Assembly (NCBI RefSeq): GCF_001194135.2
Contig: NC_068982.1
Span: 19,941,521-19,997,258, forward strand
Origin: Octopus bimaculoides
Taxonomy: Eukaryota
Direction of reading: 5' to 3'
Length of the DNA: 55,738 nucleotides
Of this stretch, positions 10,691-23,109 are shown one piece after another. Every line of letters starts with the position of its first letter. Position 1 is the stretch's first letter. The notes below the pieces were generated by a model that was given only the letters and a program-made list of their open reading frames with translations, ran no database searches and was not told the origin of the DNA. The position numbers and the translations under genes are program-made.

Positions 10691-11495
10691 CAATGTAAGT
10701 TCCAAGGATCGAGATATAGAAAATATAAATCCCTAGAAAATATAAAAATCAACATTCAGGTACAATAGTAGTTTATTGGGGCGGAAGGTTGTGGATTTGT
10801 TCTGTATCGAAGTACGATAAGCTGAAAAAATTATTTTATATTTTACGGTAGGTAGTCAGGATTGTCTAATATGCGAATAAAATAACAAGAATTAAGGATT
10901 GGAGTATATAAATCTGAGCTACATATATATTATAGCCAGCGGAACCTCGTTAGTGGTAAATTCTGATCGCATCTTCCATGTGTTAACATGTACTTCCTTA
11001 CGACAATGTAAACTTCATTTTGTCTAAGTACCCTTGGCCGGAAGAGTAGCCTGCAGTATACACTTCACATGGATATTTACCCCTTCCGAGGGTCCGCTCG
11101 CTATGAAGCATCTGTAGTCCGGATTTTATCTACTCCATTCCTTAACACTTGTTTATGTATATATATTTATATATAAATAGGAAATAGTAGCACAACAAGG
11201 CACCAATGTTTGCTGGAAATAGCAGACGATAACCGTACGACGCAATGTAAAGCAATACTACTTATATAAAACTTTTTCACTGATCTCAGTTCTGTTTATG
11301 GCTAGGCGTATCAGCCGAATATACTGGTATTTATGTAGCAGATTCTTTAAATTTCGTCTTCGGCGAACCTAGCTGATGAAGACTAACCAGAATTACGATA
11401 GCAAACGTATTCTGCCTATTAAGGTTAAACTTGCTGGTCACTTTATTATTATTGTTATTTTTCATAATGGTAATAATACTTTATAAAATTTTAAT

Positions 11496-11538
<43 letters not shown>

Positions 11539-11972
11539 NNNNNNNNNNNNNNNNNNNNNNNNNNNNNNNNNNNNNNNNNNNNNNNNNNNNNNNNNNNNNN
11601 NNNNNNNNNNNNNNNNNNNNNNNNNNNNNNNNNNNNNNNNNNNNNNNNNNNNNNNNNNNNNNNNNNNNNNNNNNNNNNNNNNNNNNNNNNNNNNNNNNNN
11701 NNNNNNNNNNNNNNNNNNNNNNNNNNNNNNNNNNNNNNNNNNNNNNNNNNNNNNNNNNNNNNNNNNNNNNNNNNNNNNNNNNNNNNNNNNNNNNNNNNNN
11801 NNNNNNNNNNNNNNNNNNNNNNNNNNNNNNNNNNNNNNNNNNNNNNNNNNNNNNNNNNNNNNNNNNNNNNNNNNNNNNNNNNNNNNNNNNNNNNNNNNNN
11901 NNNNNNNNNNNNNNNNNNNNNNNNNNNNNNNNNNNNNNNNNNNNNNNNNNNNNNNNNNNNNNNNNNNNNNNN

Positions 11973-12015
<43 letters not shown>

Positions 12016-14197
12016 ACACACATACACAAGCATACACGCACACTAGAAGAATATTGAGCGAAACCTGATAACCAGTTGATCTAGCAAACGGGGCCTCATT
12101 TCAGTGAGGGGAGCCGGTACGCAATGATGCTGTCAAGAGGTAGGCCCCGAAACGGCGCCCATTTTCTCTTGATGACTCCGTAAACTTGCTAGCATCCGGT
12201 ATGCGGAGCTTTGAACTGGCAGCACTTGGACCTGCAAGTTGTATGCAAAATAATACAGGCAAAGATTAATTAGCAAGAAATAAAGTAAGATTTACATATT
12301 CACTTAATGCCTACCTCAACGTAATTTCGGGAAGCATAAGATGAACATAAGCACATATTCTAAAAGAAAATGCTAAATAAAGTTCTGTCAACAAAGATAT
12401 TTATGCAGTAAGGGTTAGAAGGAAGTATATTGTAAATACATTACTCAGCCACTTCTCGGGGCCTCAAATAGTTAAAAGTACTGCTAATGTAGATATAAAT
12501 ATTACTTGTATAACTAGGACTAATACTACCACATTTACTCCAAATAGTAATCTATCCCTGGGTAATAATGAAAACAATACAGTCGGTGATAAACTGAATA
12601 AGATGCAGGATTGTCACCAAATTAGACAATGCAACTATGATACCTATTATTTTAATTTGCGATGATGTTCTTCACAATTAATACTGACCGATCGACACCA
12701 TTTTTGCCATGCAGTAAAAGAGTTCCCACTGGAACTTAAATACAGTCAGATATTGATATTCACTACCCGTACAGTTAACCTGTTCTACTCGACGGCAGGT
12801 AATTTAGCTGATAATTTTGCTGCTTCTAATTACTCTCTTCATTATGATTTTCATCATAAAACTTTATCTTAGCCCTGATAATAGCTCTGGAAATCATTCT
12901 GAGAGATATATGCCAAATTAGTGGGTGTGTATGTTAAATATTTTATACGTAAGTCAATATAGCTATAGTGATATTAGTATTATAGACATAATTGGTAACG
13001 GCGATCAAACATACAAGTAAATATAATAGAACCTAACAAATCAGTTATTGCGCAAAAGGGCGAATCTACAAGATTAACATCACATGGCATGTAACTGTAG
13101 GATCGTTAAGAAATTTCCTCTAAACTGAAATTTTATAAAGAAAGATTTGTATCACAACGCTGTAATGGACTCACTGTCAAGGATACTTAGCATTATATAT
13201 AGGATATATCACGAATTATTTCTAAATTAGGTATTCTGTTCACAAATATTCCTTCTCAAATTTTAAATTTATGAATTAAACATCATTTTCTGAACGAGCA
13301 CAGAGTTTAAATTATAAAACTCGATTTAAAACAACTGAGTTGTTAAGTATGTATAATTCAACTGGTGAAATATTACAAGTATATAAAGATTTATGGAACT
13401 AAAATAATGAACTATTAATTATGATCCCCAAATTATGAAGAATTTAAAACATTACAGCACTAGAGATCAGTGCCGTCTTAAGGTTCAGACACAGTGGATG
13501 GTTGCCCAGGAATTCACAAGTCTAGGAGAACAATTCGGATCTATGTATGATTCGCTTTGCTACCAATAAGTAAATACTACAGAACCCAGTCCACTGATAT
13601 ACAGGAGGCATACAATGCTGTTATGACGACCTAGATAGGGATAGAGATAAAGTGTTATGTGTTAAGTGTTAAATTTAACATATTACAATACACACCGCTC
13701 TTATAAAATTCATAGTGAAAAAAACTCAAACAGTATCCTTCTGATTACCGCTTCTAACTCTTATACTTCCCATCGCGTATTACTCATGCTACTCGCATTT
13801 ACTGTATATAAGGTTGTATTTATTGCAATACATCCCAGGAACATAAATTTACTTGTAAATTATGATTTATGGGAATACATTCGTAATTATATTTATATTT
13901 ACGATCATTGTTTTTTACCACATTGTTTATTTCAATGCAGGTTACATATGTATTTTTTTATGTACAGTCGTTCATTTTATAAGCTGGACTGTGTTATGTA
14001 ATTACCTATAAGTCCCACTATATGTGTGGTTCTGCACACACACACACACACACACACACACGAATTTAATGTATATATATATATATATATATATATACAC
14101 GCACACATACACATTTATATATACGTGTATATACACACCACACGTACAATAGCTACACACATTCATACATAAACACCCCCCACACAGACTTATATAG

Positions 14198-14236
<39 letters not shown>

Positions 14237-14688
14237 NNNNNNNNNNNNNNNNNNNNNNNNNNNNNNNNNNNNNNNNNNNNNNNNNNNNNNNNNNNNNNNN
14301 NNNNNNNNNNNNNNNNNNNNNNNNNNNNNNNNNNNNNNNNNNNNNNNNNNNNNNNNNNNNNNNNNNNNNNNNNNNNNNNNNNNNNNNNNNNNNNNNNNNN
14401 NNNNNNNNNNNNNNNNNNNNNNNNNNNNNNNNNNNNNNNNNNNNNNNNNNNNNNNNNNNNNNNNNNNNNNNNNNNNNNNNNNNNNNNNNNNNNNNNNNNN
14501 NNNNNNNNNNNNNNNNNNNNNNNNNNNNNNNNNNNNNNNNNNNNNNNNNNNNNNNNNNNNNNNNNNNNNNNNNNNNNNNNNNNNNNNNNNNNNNNNNNNN
14601 NNNNNNNNNNNNNNNNNNNNNNNNNNNNNNNNNNNNNNNNNNNNNNNNNNNNNNNNNNNNNNNNNNNNNNNNNNNNNNNNNNNNNNNN

Positions 14689-14734
<46 letters not shown>

Positions 14735-15238
14735 GTGTGTGTATAAGTACACACACACAAACACACAAACACACACGCATACACACGCATATTTAGATAG
14801 ATAGAAATAGAAATAGAGAGAGCGTGAGAGAGAGAGAGAGAGAGAGAAGAGAGAAAGACAGAGAGAAAGAGTACATCTATATCTATTTGTATGTGTGTTG
14901 CATAGTATTAGATTTCATGTAAATATACAAGTGTATGTTAGTGTTTATGAGTGTTTGTAATTAGATATTGTGTATGCGTGTAAATGGACCAAACTAAATT
15001 TATGGTTATGCTTGTATATTTGATCATGTAGATTATTGTTTAATGTCAGGAGTTCATTGTACGTATATGTCTGTACTACTCAACATATATATGCTACGTA
15101 AATAACCATCAGTTTCAATATACGTGTTTATTTATCAACAACTTCATACATTTCTCGCGGGATAAATTTAAATTTATAAATCCGTGGCCATCTATATCTA
15201 AACATTTGTCTCTGCTTGTAGCTGTGTCTATACATGTG

Positions 15239-15306
<68 letters not shown>

Positions 15307-15307
<1 letters not shown>

Positions 15308-15359
15308 CGGGTGCGATGGGTAAATTGTCGCCATTCTACACTTTTAAATTGCGCATGCG
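15307..15359 (+). mobile_element. Tc1/mariner TIR related to the 619-944 element, running into a gap
   Basis: TA|CCGGGTGCGATGGGTAAATTGTCGCCATTCTACAC...GCGCATGCG resembles TA|CAGGGTGCGATGAATAAACTGTCACCATTTTATATC...GCACATGCG. Confidence 0.65.
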
Positions 15360-16117
15360 NNNNNNNNNNNNNNNNNNNNNNNNNNNNNNNNNNNNNNNNN
15401 NNNNNNNNNNNNNNNNNNNNNNNNNNNNNNNNNNNNNNNNNNNNNNNNNNNNNNNNNNNNNNNNNNNNNNNNNNNNNNNNNNNNNNNNNNNNNNNNNNNN
15501 NNNNNNNNNNNNNNNNNNNNNNNNNNNNNNNNNNNNNNNNNNNNNNNNNNNNNNNNNNNNNNNNNNNNNNNNNNNNNNNNNNNNNNNNNNNNNNNNNNNN
15601 NNNNNNNNNNNNNNNNNNNNNNNNNNNNNNNNNNNNNNNNNNNNNNNNNNNNNNNNNNNNNNNNNNNNNNNNNNNNNNNNNNNNNNNNNNNNNNNNNNNN
15701 NNNNNNNNNNNNNNNNNNNNNNNNNNNNNNNNNNNNNNNNNNNNNNNNNNNNNNNNNNNNNNNNNNNNNNNNNNNNNNNNNNNNNNNNNNNNNNNNNNNN
15801 NNNNNNNNNNNNNNNNNNNNNNNNNNNNNNNNNNNNNNNNNNNNNNNNNNNNNNNNNNNNNNNNNNNNNNNNNNNNNNNNNNNNNNNNNNNNNNNNNNNN
15901 NNNNNNNNNNNNNNNNNNNNNNNNNNNNNNNNNNNNNNNNNNNNNNNNNNNNNNNNNNNNNNNNNNNNNNNNNNNNNNNNNNNNNNNNNNNNNNNNNNNN
16001 NNNNNNNNNNNNNNNNNNNNNNNNNNNNNNNNNNNNNNNNNNNNNNNNNNNNNNNNNNNNNNNNNNNNNNNNNNNNNNNNNNNNNNNNNNNNNNNNNNNN
16101 NNNNNNNNNNNNNNNNN

Positions 16118-16157
<40 letters not shown>

Positions 16158-16391
16158 ATGTATGTACGTATTTATGTATGTGTGTGTATCCGTTAAGTGT
16201 TGACTCGTGGAAGAAAGAATACTCTGTACAATAGTACAAAATTGCAATACCTGTGTTTTATTCGAGTCAGTTTTTTGCTGGTCTTGAACTTGCTAGCGAT
16301 TTTCTTGGCTCATCCGGCAAGATATCAATCATAATTTGGCTGATGGCCTTGTGAACTACTTCCAGAGTAGCAAGGGAATGAGAAACGACCA

Positions 16392-16445
<54 letters not shown>

Positions 16446-16961
16446 GTGTGTGTGTTTGTGTGTGTGTGTGCGTGTGCGTGGGCGCTTCAATGTGTCTTTA
16501 TAAATCTAGACCTCCATAATACCAAACGTTTCTTGTCGATGTGCTTCATGAACTCAAAGTAAACGTGTACGATGATATTTAGCAGCTTGTATGTGGTTGT
16601 AACACTTTTCAACTACCGTGTGCTTTTCGTTCAAGGCGTTTTCCGATTTGTGCAATAATATAAAGTTTTATTCGCACATTAACTGACTTAACTTCCATCA
16701 CAAGCAAAACTCCACAGATTCTGGCGGAAAATGTTATCGGTCATACCGACCTCATTAGTTGAATGTTAATTATTTTATAGCCGATTTCACTATAACATAT
16801 GAAGTGGAACCAAGTTGAAAATGAGTTATGCATTTGAAAATCTATTAATAAAGTAGTCAAATTGATATGCCATAGGAATTTTGAGTTATTTTTCACGTGG
16901 TCAATCTTTTCCAGAGCTCTGGTGATTATTTGTCCTTTCTTTTGCATGTTTTACCTTCAAC

Positions 16962-17625
16962 CTGTTTCAGTCATTAGACTGCGACCATACTTGTAGCACC
17001 GCCGTTAAGTGCTTATTTTTTTAAAGCCTGGGACTTCTTCTAGCGGTCTATTTTGCAAAGCCGCTCAGTTAGGAGGACGTACGTAAACAGACCACCGGTT
17101 GTCAAGCGGTGGTCGAGTACTAACACAATGACACCCACACGCTCACACACACATACACACACACACGAACGCGCCCACACACACGCACATATACAGGGCT
17201 CCTTTCAGTTTCCGGCTACCAAATCCACTAAGAAAGTTTTGGTCGGGCCGAGGCTATAAAAAAGCACGCTGGCATTAGAGGCCACACAATAGGAGTAAAC
17301 CCGGAATTCTGATATAATAAACTAATTGTATACAGGGCTCAGGTGCACTAGAACTCAACAGAAAAGCTAACCAAAACAGTTTGAACAGTATATAGAATAT
17401 GCACAGGAAAAAAAGTAAGAAGAAACGGAGGTGGGTTACATCAGGTACACTGTTGGCGAATTTCAGGAAGAATGGAAGTTTTGAAGGATGTTGTCTCGAC
17501 TGCTAACAACTGATGCATGCAGTTTATTCCATGGTTCAGCAATTCTGAGCTTGAAAGAAAATGTTTCTGAAAGTCGTGGCTGGGAAGGAAACTTGTTAAT
17601 ATACAGCCAGCCGTGCCTGCGCCTA
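16962..17625 (-). mobile_element. SINE family B (tRNA head, CORE-like CCTTGRGCAAG domain, internal microsatellite), split copy
   Basis: 16962-17306 matches the reverse complement of the family B body and tail (CTTTCAGTTTCCG..TACCAAATCCAC). The head remnant lies at ~17570-17625, separated by ~260 bp. Confidence 0.7.
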
Positions 17626-18834
17626 TACAGTAGTCATGATATTCTAAGTTCACTGTCTCCTTCCTATTAATGCAATACTAGCGAAGGCAAAATTCATCCG
17701 ACAGGAAATAAGTCTATCCTCGTGATTTCCGAAATCATTAATTGACTTTAAACTTATTTCATCGGCGTCTGGTGACGGATGTGGTGATATCATAATCACA
17801 ATCTGCAAATTCCGGAATGCTATTATATTGTTTTGTGTTAGTGAATGGAAGGCTACACACTTCGAGATCAAATACTGTTTCGTCATTGAGTATTCAATAG
17901 AATATTCTAGATAGGGATGTATTATGGAAGAGTGGAAGAGTTTAACGATTTAAGGATTAGTATCAATATTAATATGTCAAATCGGTAAAATAAATTAGAC
18001 GCTAGAATGTCCTATTCAATTGTTCTATTATTTTCTTGGGGAGAAACGAGAAATATGAAATATTTAACAGTTTTATGATGATGAAGATGATATCGACGGC
18101 GACTACAACTATGAGGATAATGACAAAGGGTTATCTATGACTGGAAAAAGAGAAATTCGGACAAATTAGCCTATTGTTTTGGATTTCTTCTTTCTAACAT
18201 CTCAAGCTCAAATCCTGACGAAGAAAACATTGCCTTGAAAACCGGGATCGAGATAAATAAGTGCTGCAGACTCTTGTCATGACAATTGTTTTGAAAACTA
18301 TCAAAGCGATAAATGCTGGACTAAATAACTTTTTACGTGTTTATTTATTCTTAATTCAGTTCTTTCCAGGGCTTATTTTTATCTTTTATACTTTTACATC
18401 AAATAAAATAAACAACAATTTGTTCTACAGTTGACTTAAATTGCTCTACTATTTCTTTTGTTTTTAAAATAGAAATATTCATTAAATTATATCGAAGAAT
18501 ACTTCTGTTTTCGACGCTTCAAGAGGTGAAGGAAATAAAAGTCAAACAAATATTCAACGAGTATAGAACCACATTCAGCAATTAACCTCTAAAAATTTGG
18601 TCTTATGCCAATACAAAATTTGAAAATTCTCTGAAGATTTAAGACACATTAAAAAAAATAGCTTTATTAGAATGACGATGAAGGTTATAATTTTAGACAA
18701 GGAGAAATTCTCAGAGGTAATTGAATGTGTATGCCAAATGAAATAGTTTTCAACCGGGAATCAAATCAGTTAGTGGTTTCCACATAGAAGGTGCTTACCC
18801 TACACCCTATACATGCTTAAATATTGATTTATAA

Positions 18835-18990
18835 CATTGACACAAGTCCATACAATATGGGAGATGACATAGCTGATTCAATCGACTCCACTACTTAATG
18901 GTGCTTATTTTTATCGACTTTCGAAGAATGAAGGGAAAATCAATACGTGTTTGATTTGAATTGAAAGTGTAAAGTGTCATACTATGCTGA
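18835..18990 (-). mobile_element. SINE family A, old decayed copy
   Basis: ATCGACTCCACTACTTAATGGTGCTTATTTTTATCGAC...GAAGAATGAAGGG is a diverged reverse complement of the family A core. Confidence 0.55.
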
Positions 18991-19599
18991 AATATTAATG
19001 TTACTTTGCATTAAGTAAAGTTGATGTTTGTCCAATATATGACGTAAAATTTTAAACCAAGTTAAAAATAAATGCTTGCAACACAATTCAGAACTGTTTA
19101 ATTATTTTATTCTATTAATTATCGGAAGAAAAGAAAAAAAAAATCTTCAAATAATTTACATTGAAGTATTCGTAGAAATGTTGTGACCAGCCTAAATGCT
19201 ATGTTACATATTCGACAACCAACCTTCCAAAATCAATTGTATCTCCATTTGTCAGGAATTGGTATTTGGGCAAGTAATAAATTGAATTCCATCCATAGAC
19301 AATAATGTTTCTGGGACAAGACTAAACCACGTGCCTAGTCATAAGTAAACAATGCACTACATTATTTTGCTTAGCTTTGATATTTGTCTAAATATCCTGT
19401 ATATGCATTAAAATTGATAGGGTTCATATAATAGATGAGCTGAAAAACAAATGCAAAGTGCAACATAATTCTATCATGCCCCACCCCGCCCGGTTGATTG
19501 AATAAAAGTAGCAGTTATTCACGGAGACAGTTTAATCGACTCACCTTCTCCAAATTTCTGGCAACAAGCTTATGGTGCAAAGAATCCTCCTTCTCCTCC

Positions 19600-20493
19600 T
19601 CCTCGTACAAAAATAACAAAAACAAAAATGCAAAGTAGCTGTGCAAATAAACAGAAAAAAATGTACAGTCACTTTGCAAGACAAATACAGAGGATAGGTG
19701 GCTATGGATGAGGAAGAGTGACCTGAAGACAGAGATAGAAGCACTCATATGCGCAGCTCAGGAACGAGTATTAAGAACTAATTATAAGGAGTGCAGAATT
19801 GAGAACACTACCGATAGCGACAAATGCAGACTGTCTGATGAGAGGGGTGAAACGGTATGGTACCTCGTTAGCGAATGCCCGAAACTGGTACAATGCGAAT
19901 ACAAACGACGCCGTGACAATGTGGCAAGAATGATCCATTGGGAGCTCTGTGGAAATCACGGCCTACAAAGAGCAAATACGTGGTATGAACAAACCCTAGA
20001 AGGAAACACCGAAAATGAGAACTGTAAAATCCTGTGGGATGTAATGATCCAGTGCGATCACCTGGCCAGACATAGGACACCGGACATTGTTGTGGTGAAT
20101 AAAAAGGAACATGTATGATTATCGACATAGCATGCCCCAATGGCAACAGGATCAATGTGAAAGAAGAAGGAAAAGATAAACAACTATGATGATTTAAAGT
20201 GGGAAATATGAAGGTTGTGGTCAATGAAGAGAATCGACGTCATACCAGGAGTAATTGGTGAACTTGGAATTATCAAGACTCAACTAGCAACATGGCTGAA
20301 AAAGATCGGTGCAAGTGTTAAGGTAGAACACCTACAAAAATCAGCATTGCTTGGAACTGCAAGAATCTTTCGCAGGGTTTTTGAATCATGACCAGTAAAC
20401 AATTGTCACCTTAGTCTGCTGGCTGTGGACAGCTGACACTTTGCATCACACCCAGCAAAATGAGCTGTGAATTTTCATATAATAATGATAATA
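19600..20493 (+). mobile_element. RLE LINE family I (R4/Dong-like), 3' part with (TAA)n tail
   Basis: RWLWMRKSDLKTEIEALICAAQE...KCRL..ERGETVWYLVSEC..EYKRRRDNVARMIHWELC (CCHC region), then RTPDIVVVNKK..IIDIACP (PD-D/E-xK endonuclease) and KSALLGTARIFRRVFES*. The 3'UTR ends ATAATAATGATAATAA. Confidence 0.9.
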
Positions 20494-20496
20494 AAG

Positions 20497-20697
20497 GTCG
20501 TTCCTGTTGTCATCGGAGAATTGGGCTGAGTACTACCCAACCTGTAGAATCATCTGGAGACTTTAGAAATACCCCACTATCGTGGTGTATTGCAAAATAT
20601 TGCTTTGCTTGGATCTGAACACTTACTGCGTTGAGTACTGTCTGTCTGGGATACCCGTGACTTGACAGACAGTACATATTCAGCCTTGTACACACAA

Positions 20698-20762
<65 letters not shown>
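20497..20762 (+). mobile_element. RLE LINE family II, 3' tip with (ATT)n tail
   Basis: VVPVVIGELG*VLPNL*NHLETLEIPH..VLQNIALLGSEHLLR*VLSV is an RLE ORF end. A short 3'UTR is followed by a long (ATT)n. Confidence 0.75.
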
Positions 20763-20763
<1 letters not shown>

Positions 20764-21457
20764 ATATATATGAAAGTTAGAGATCTTGAAGTTGGTAGCA
20801 AATATAATTAAGTTTAGCCTCTAATATTAGATTTTAGTTTGTAATTGAGATAGAGGTATCGGTGAAATGGCAATAACAAATAATATATTATTCCAGAAGC
20901 AATAACCACAAAGTAGTTATCCTGTTGATATACAAACGCACAAATGTGAGCACACCAAAATATACACCCAATGACATTTCACTTAAATTGAATTTTCATT
21001 TTGAGACAATTTTTAATGATTGCTAACTAAGTAGATCTTCTAATAATTTATTATGCTATTTATTTGATAAACACTAAATTTGGTAGTCACCAAATGAATT
21101 AATGTTCGGTAAATACACGTAGACCAAAAAATACGATTTCTTACATAGACACAAAGATTCACATTTGGTGAGGCATATAAGTAGTTTTATCTACCATTGT
21201 CACGAATGCTTTATCACCCTCGGAACGATAGAAGGTAAACGTTGACTACGGTGGGATATGGTCCCATCTCCTAAAGAGCTGAAACTCAACACTTCAAGTC
21301 ACTTTATTTGACACCCTAAAAATTGTCCCAACACAGCCCCCTGTTGATCTAAAATAATGTTAATAACACTGTCAAACTGCTATATTGACTGGGAATGATT
21401 TTGCTTCTAAATTACAGTCAGTAATCTGTTAGAGAACAGGCCTCTTTATAAACGCAG

Positions 21458-21812
21458 CCTTCTCGCTAAGGCGGAGGTATTACTTTTAGTCGTATTTGTT
21501 TGTTTGTTAATACAATATCTCAAGAACCGCTGGATAGATCCGGATGAAACTTTCAGGAATGTTTCACCTCGTGACTGGCATAAACTGCTTAGATTTTGGA
21601 ATCGATTCGGTACCGGACAAGTAATCTGGATGATTTTTCCGGTTTCTTTAACTTGATTTTTGAGAGCGGTCGGGTACAGTTTTATTATTCTCGTTTGTAA
21701 GAGCAGTCGAGTTTATTTCAGATATCTTTATTTTAAAAATCATCTCTGGCTAATCGTTGAGAGGAAGTTGGTGTTGCCTTGTGGGAGGTTTGCGCTCTCT
21801 GAGTGCTCTTAT
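21458..21812 (+). mobile_element. Non-autonomous Helentron-type element (HINE / DINE-1-like)
   Basis: 5' subTIR CCTTCTCGCTAAGGC (21458-21472), then a (TTTG)n tract, an internal GATCCGGAT/CCGG motif, a 3' subTIR GCCTTGTGGGAGG (21776-21788) and a terminal hairpin GCGCTC-TCT-GAGTGC (21792-21806). Confidence 0.75.
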
Positions 21813-22089
21813 TCAATTTAAATTTACACTGAAAGTGTGCTAGCTTCGTAATACTTATCCAAATTGCAACCTCTGTGGTATCTGCATCTTTGTTTCCGTG
21901 TCATGATCTACTATACCCAATCGTTCCATCTTTGCGCTCTTTTAACAGTTTGTATGCCTATTTTTTTTTAATGAAGAAAAGATCTTAAGTCCTTGTTCAT
22001 CCGTTCTTAGAAAAGGAGTCAGTGACTCGTCCGCAACGACCTTCCTTGTTGCTCAGCAGTATTCACTGAAAACGAACGAGAGAGAAGAA

Positions 22090-22242
22090 ACGATCGTACC
22101 TGGTATTTAAACTGCATTTTATCGACACAAGAATCTGTCGACAAAATACAGGTTGAATTTGAACTTGTAACGCAATGCGTTGAAACAAATATGTAATGTA
22201 TTTAAATGACGTTATATCGACTCTGCCAATGTCTCCACCTAT
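22090..22242 (-). mobile_element. SINE family A, old decayed copy
   Basis: TTTTATCGACAC...GAATTTGAACTTGTAACG...GACTCTGCCAATGTCTCCACCT resembles the reverse complement of the family A core and head. Confidence 0.45.
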
Positions 22243-23071
22243 TATTGCTATATTTACTATACTAATAATATTCTTGACATTATCCTTCTTTTCACTGATA
22301 CTCTTCAGTTTTCTTACTTAGTCAACAGCTTATTTGATGAGAGAAGCGAAAGAAATATTTCTCCACCTAATTGCATTCTATTATATGACATAGTGTAAAA
22401 ATAAATATGTTAAATCTTTGTTGATAATGCAGTTGAGATGATCTCTTCAATAGAACTAAACCAAACAATTTTTTTTACATGATCACAAGTTTGTGCTCAG
22501 TATTTTTTATTTATTTATTTATTTATTTTTTGCTTTACTTTGAGCCTATTGTAATTCAAGGATATTTACTTATACTGAGAGAAACACCACAATTGCGTTA
22601 ACTCTAATGCAGGAATTCTAAATCAAGAACCTATTGGTTTCAAAACACATGGCTTCCTGTACGATGCACCAAATACTTCCTGACATAGATGAAAGTATAT
22701 GAAATGAAATATACTGCCTATTTAACTGTGTAATCCGATTTCCCATCAAAATGAGCTTTGTTCAGAATAAGAAGATTAGAGAATATTTCCTTCGTACACA
22801 CGCAAACATATACACACATAGCTACCCACACATACTAATACATGCACACATGCTTATAGTAATCCTCTGGAACATTTACAAATTCTTTTACACACACATA
22901 CCAATATAATATATATAATGCATAATTACATATACCAATGTATATCTACATGGATGTATATANNNNNNNNNNNNNNNNNNNNNNNNNNNNNNNNNNNNNN
23001 NNNNNNNNNNNNNNNNNNNNNNNNNNNNNNNNNNNNNNNNNNNNNNNNNNNNNNNNNNNNNNNNNNNNNNN

Positions 23072-23109
<38 letters not shown>

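Noticed and set aside
13666-14001. 111-aa ORF (likewise 41074-41391, 42212-42547, 43913-44248, 55410-55727)
   Set aside because: Low-complexity AT-driven composition, no recognisable motif and no coherent splice structure.
18745-18812. Minus-strand tRNA-like remnant
   Set aside because: Only vague A/B-box resemblance and no stems; too decayed to call.
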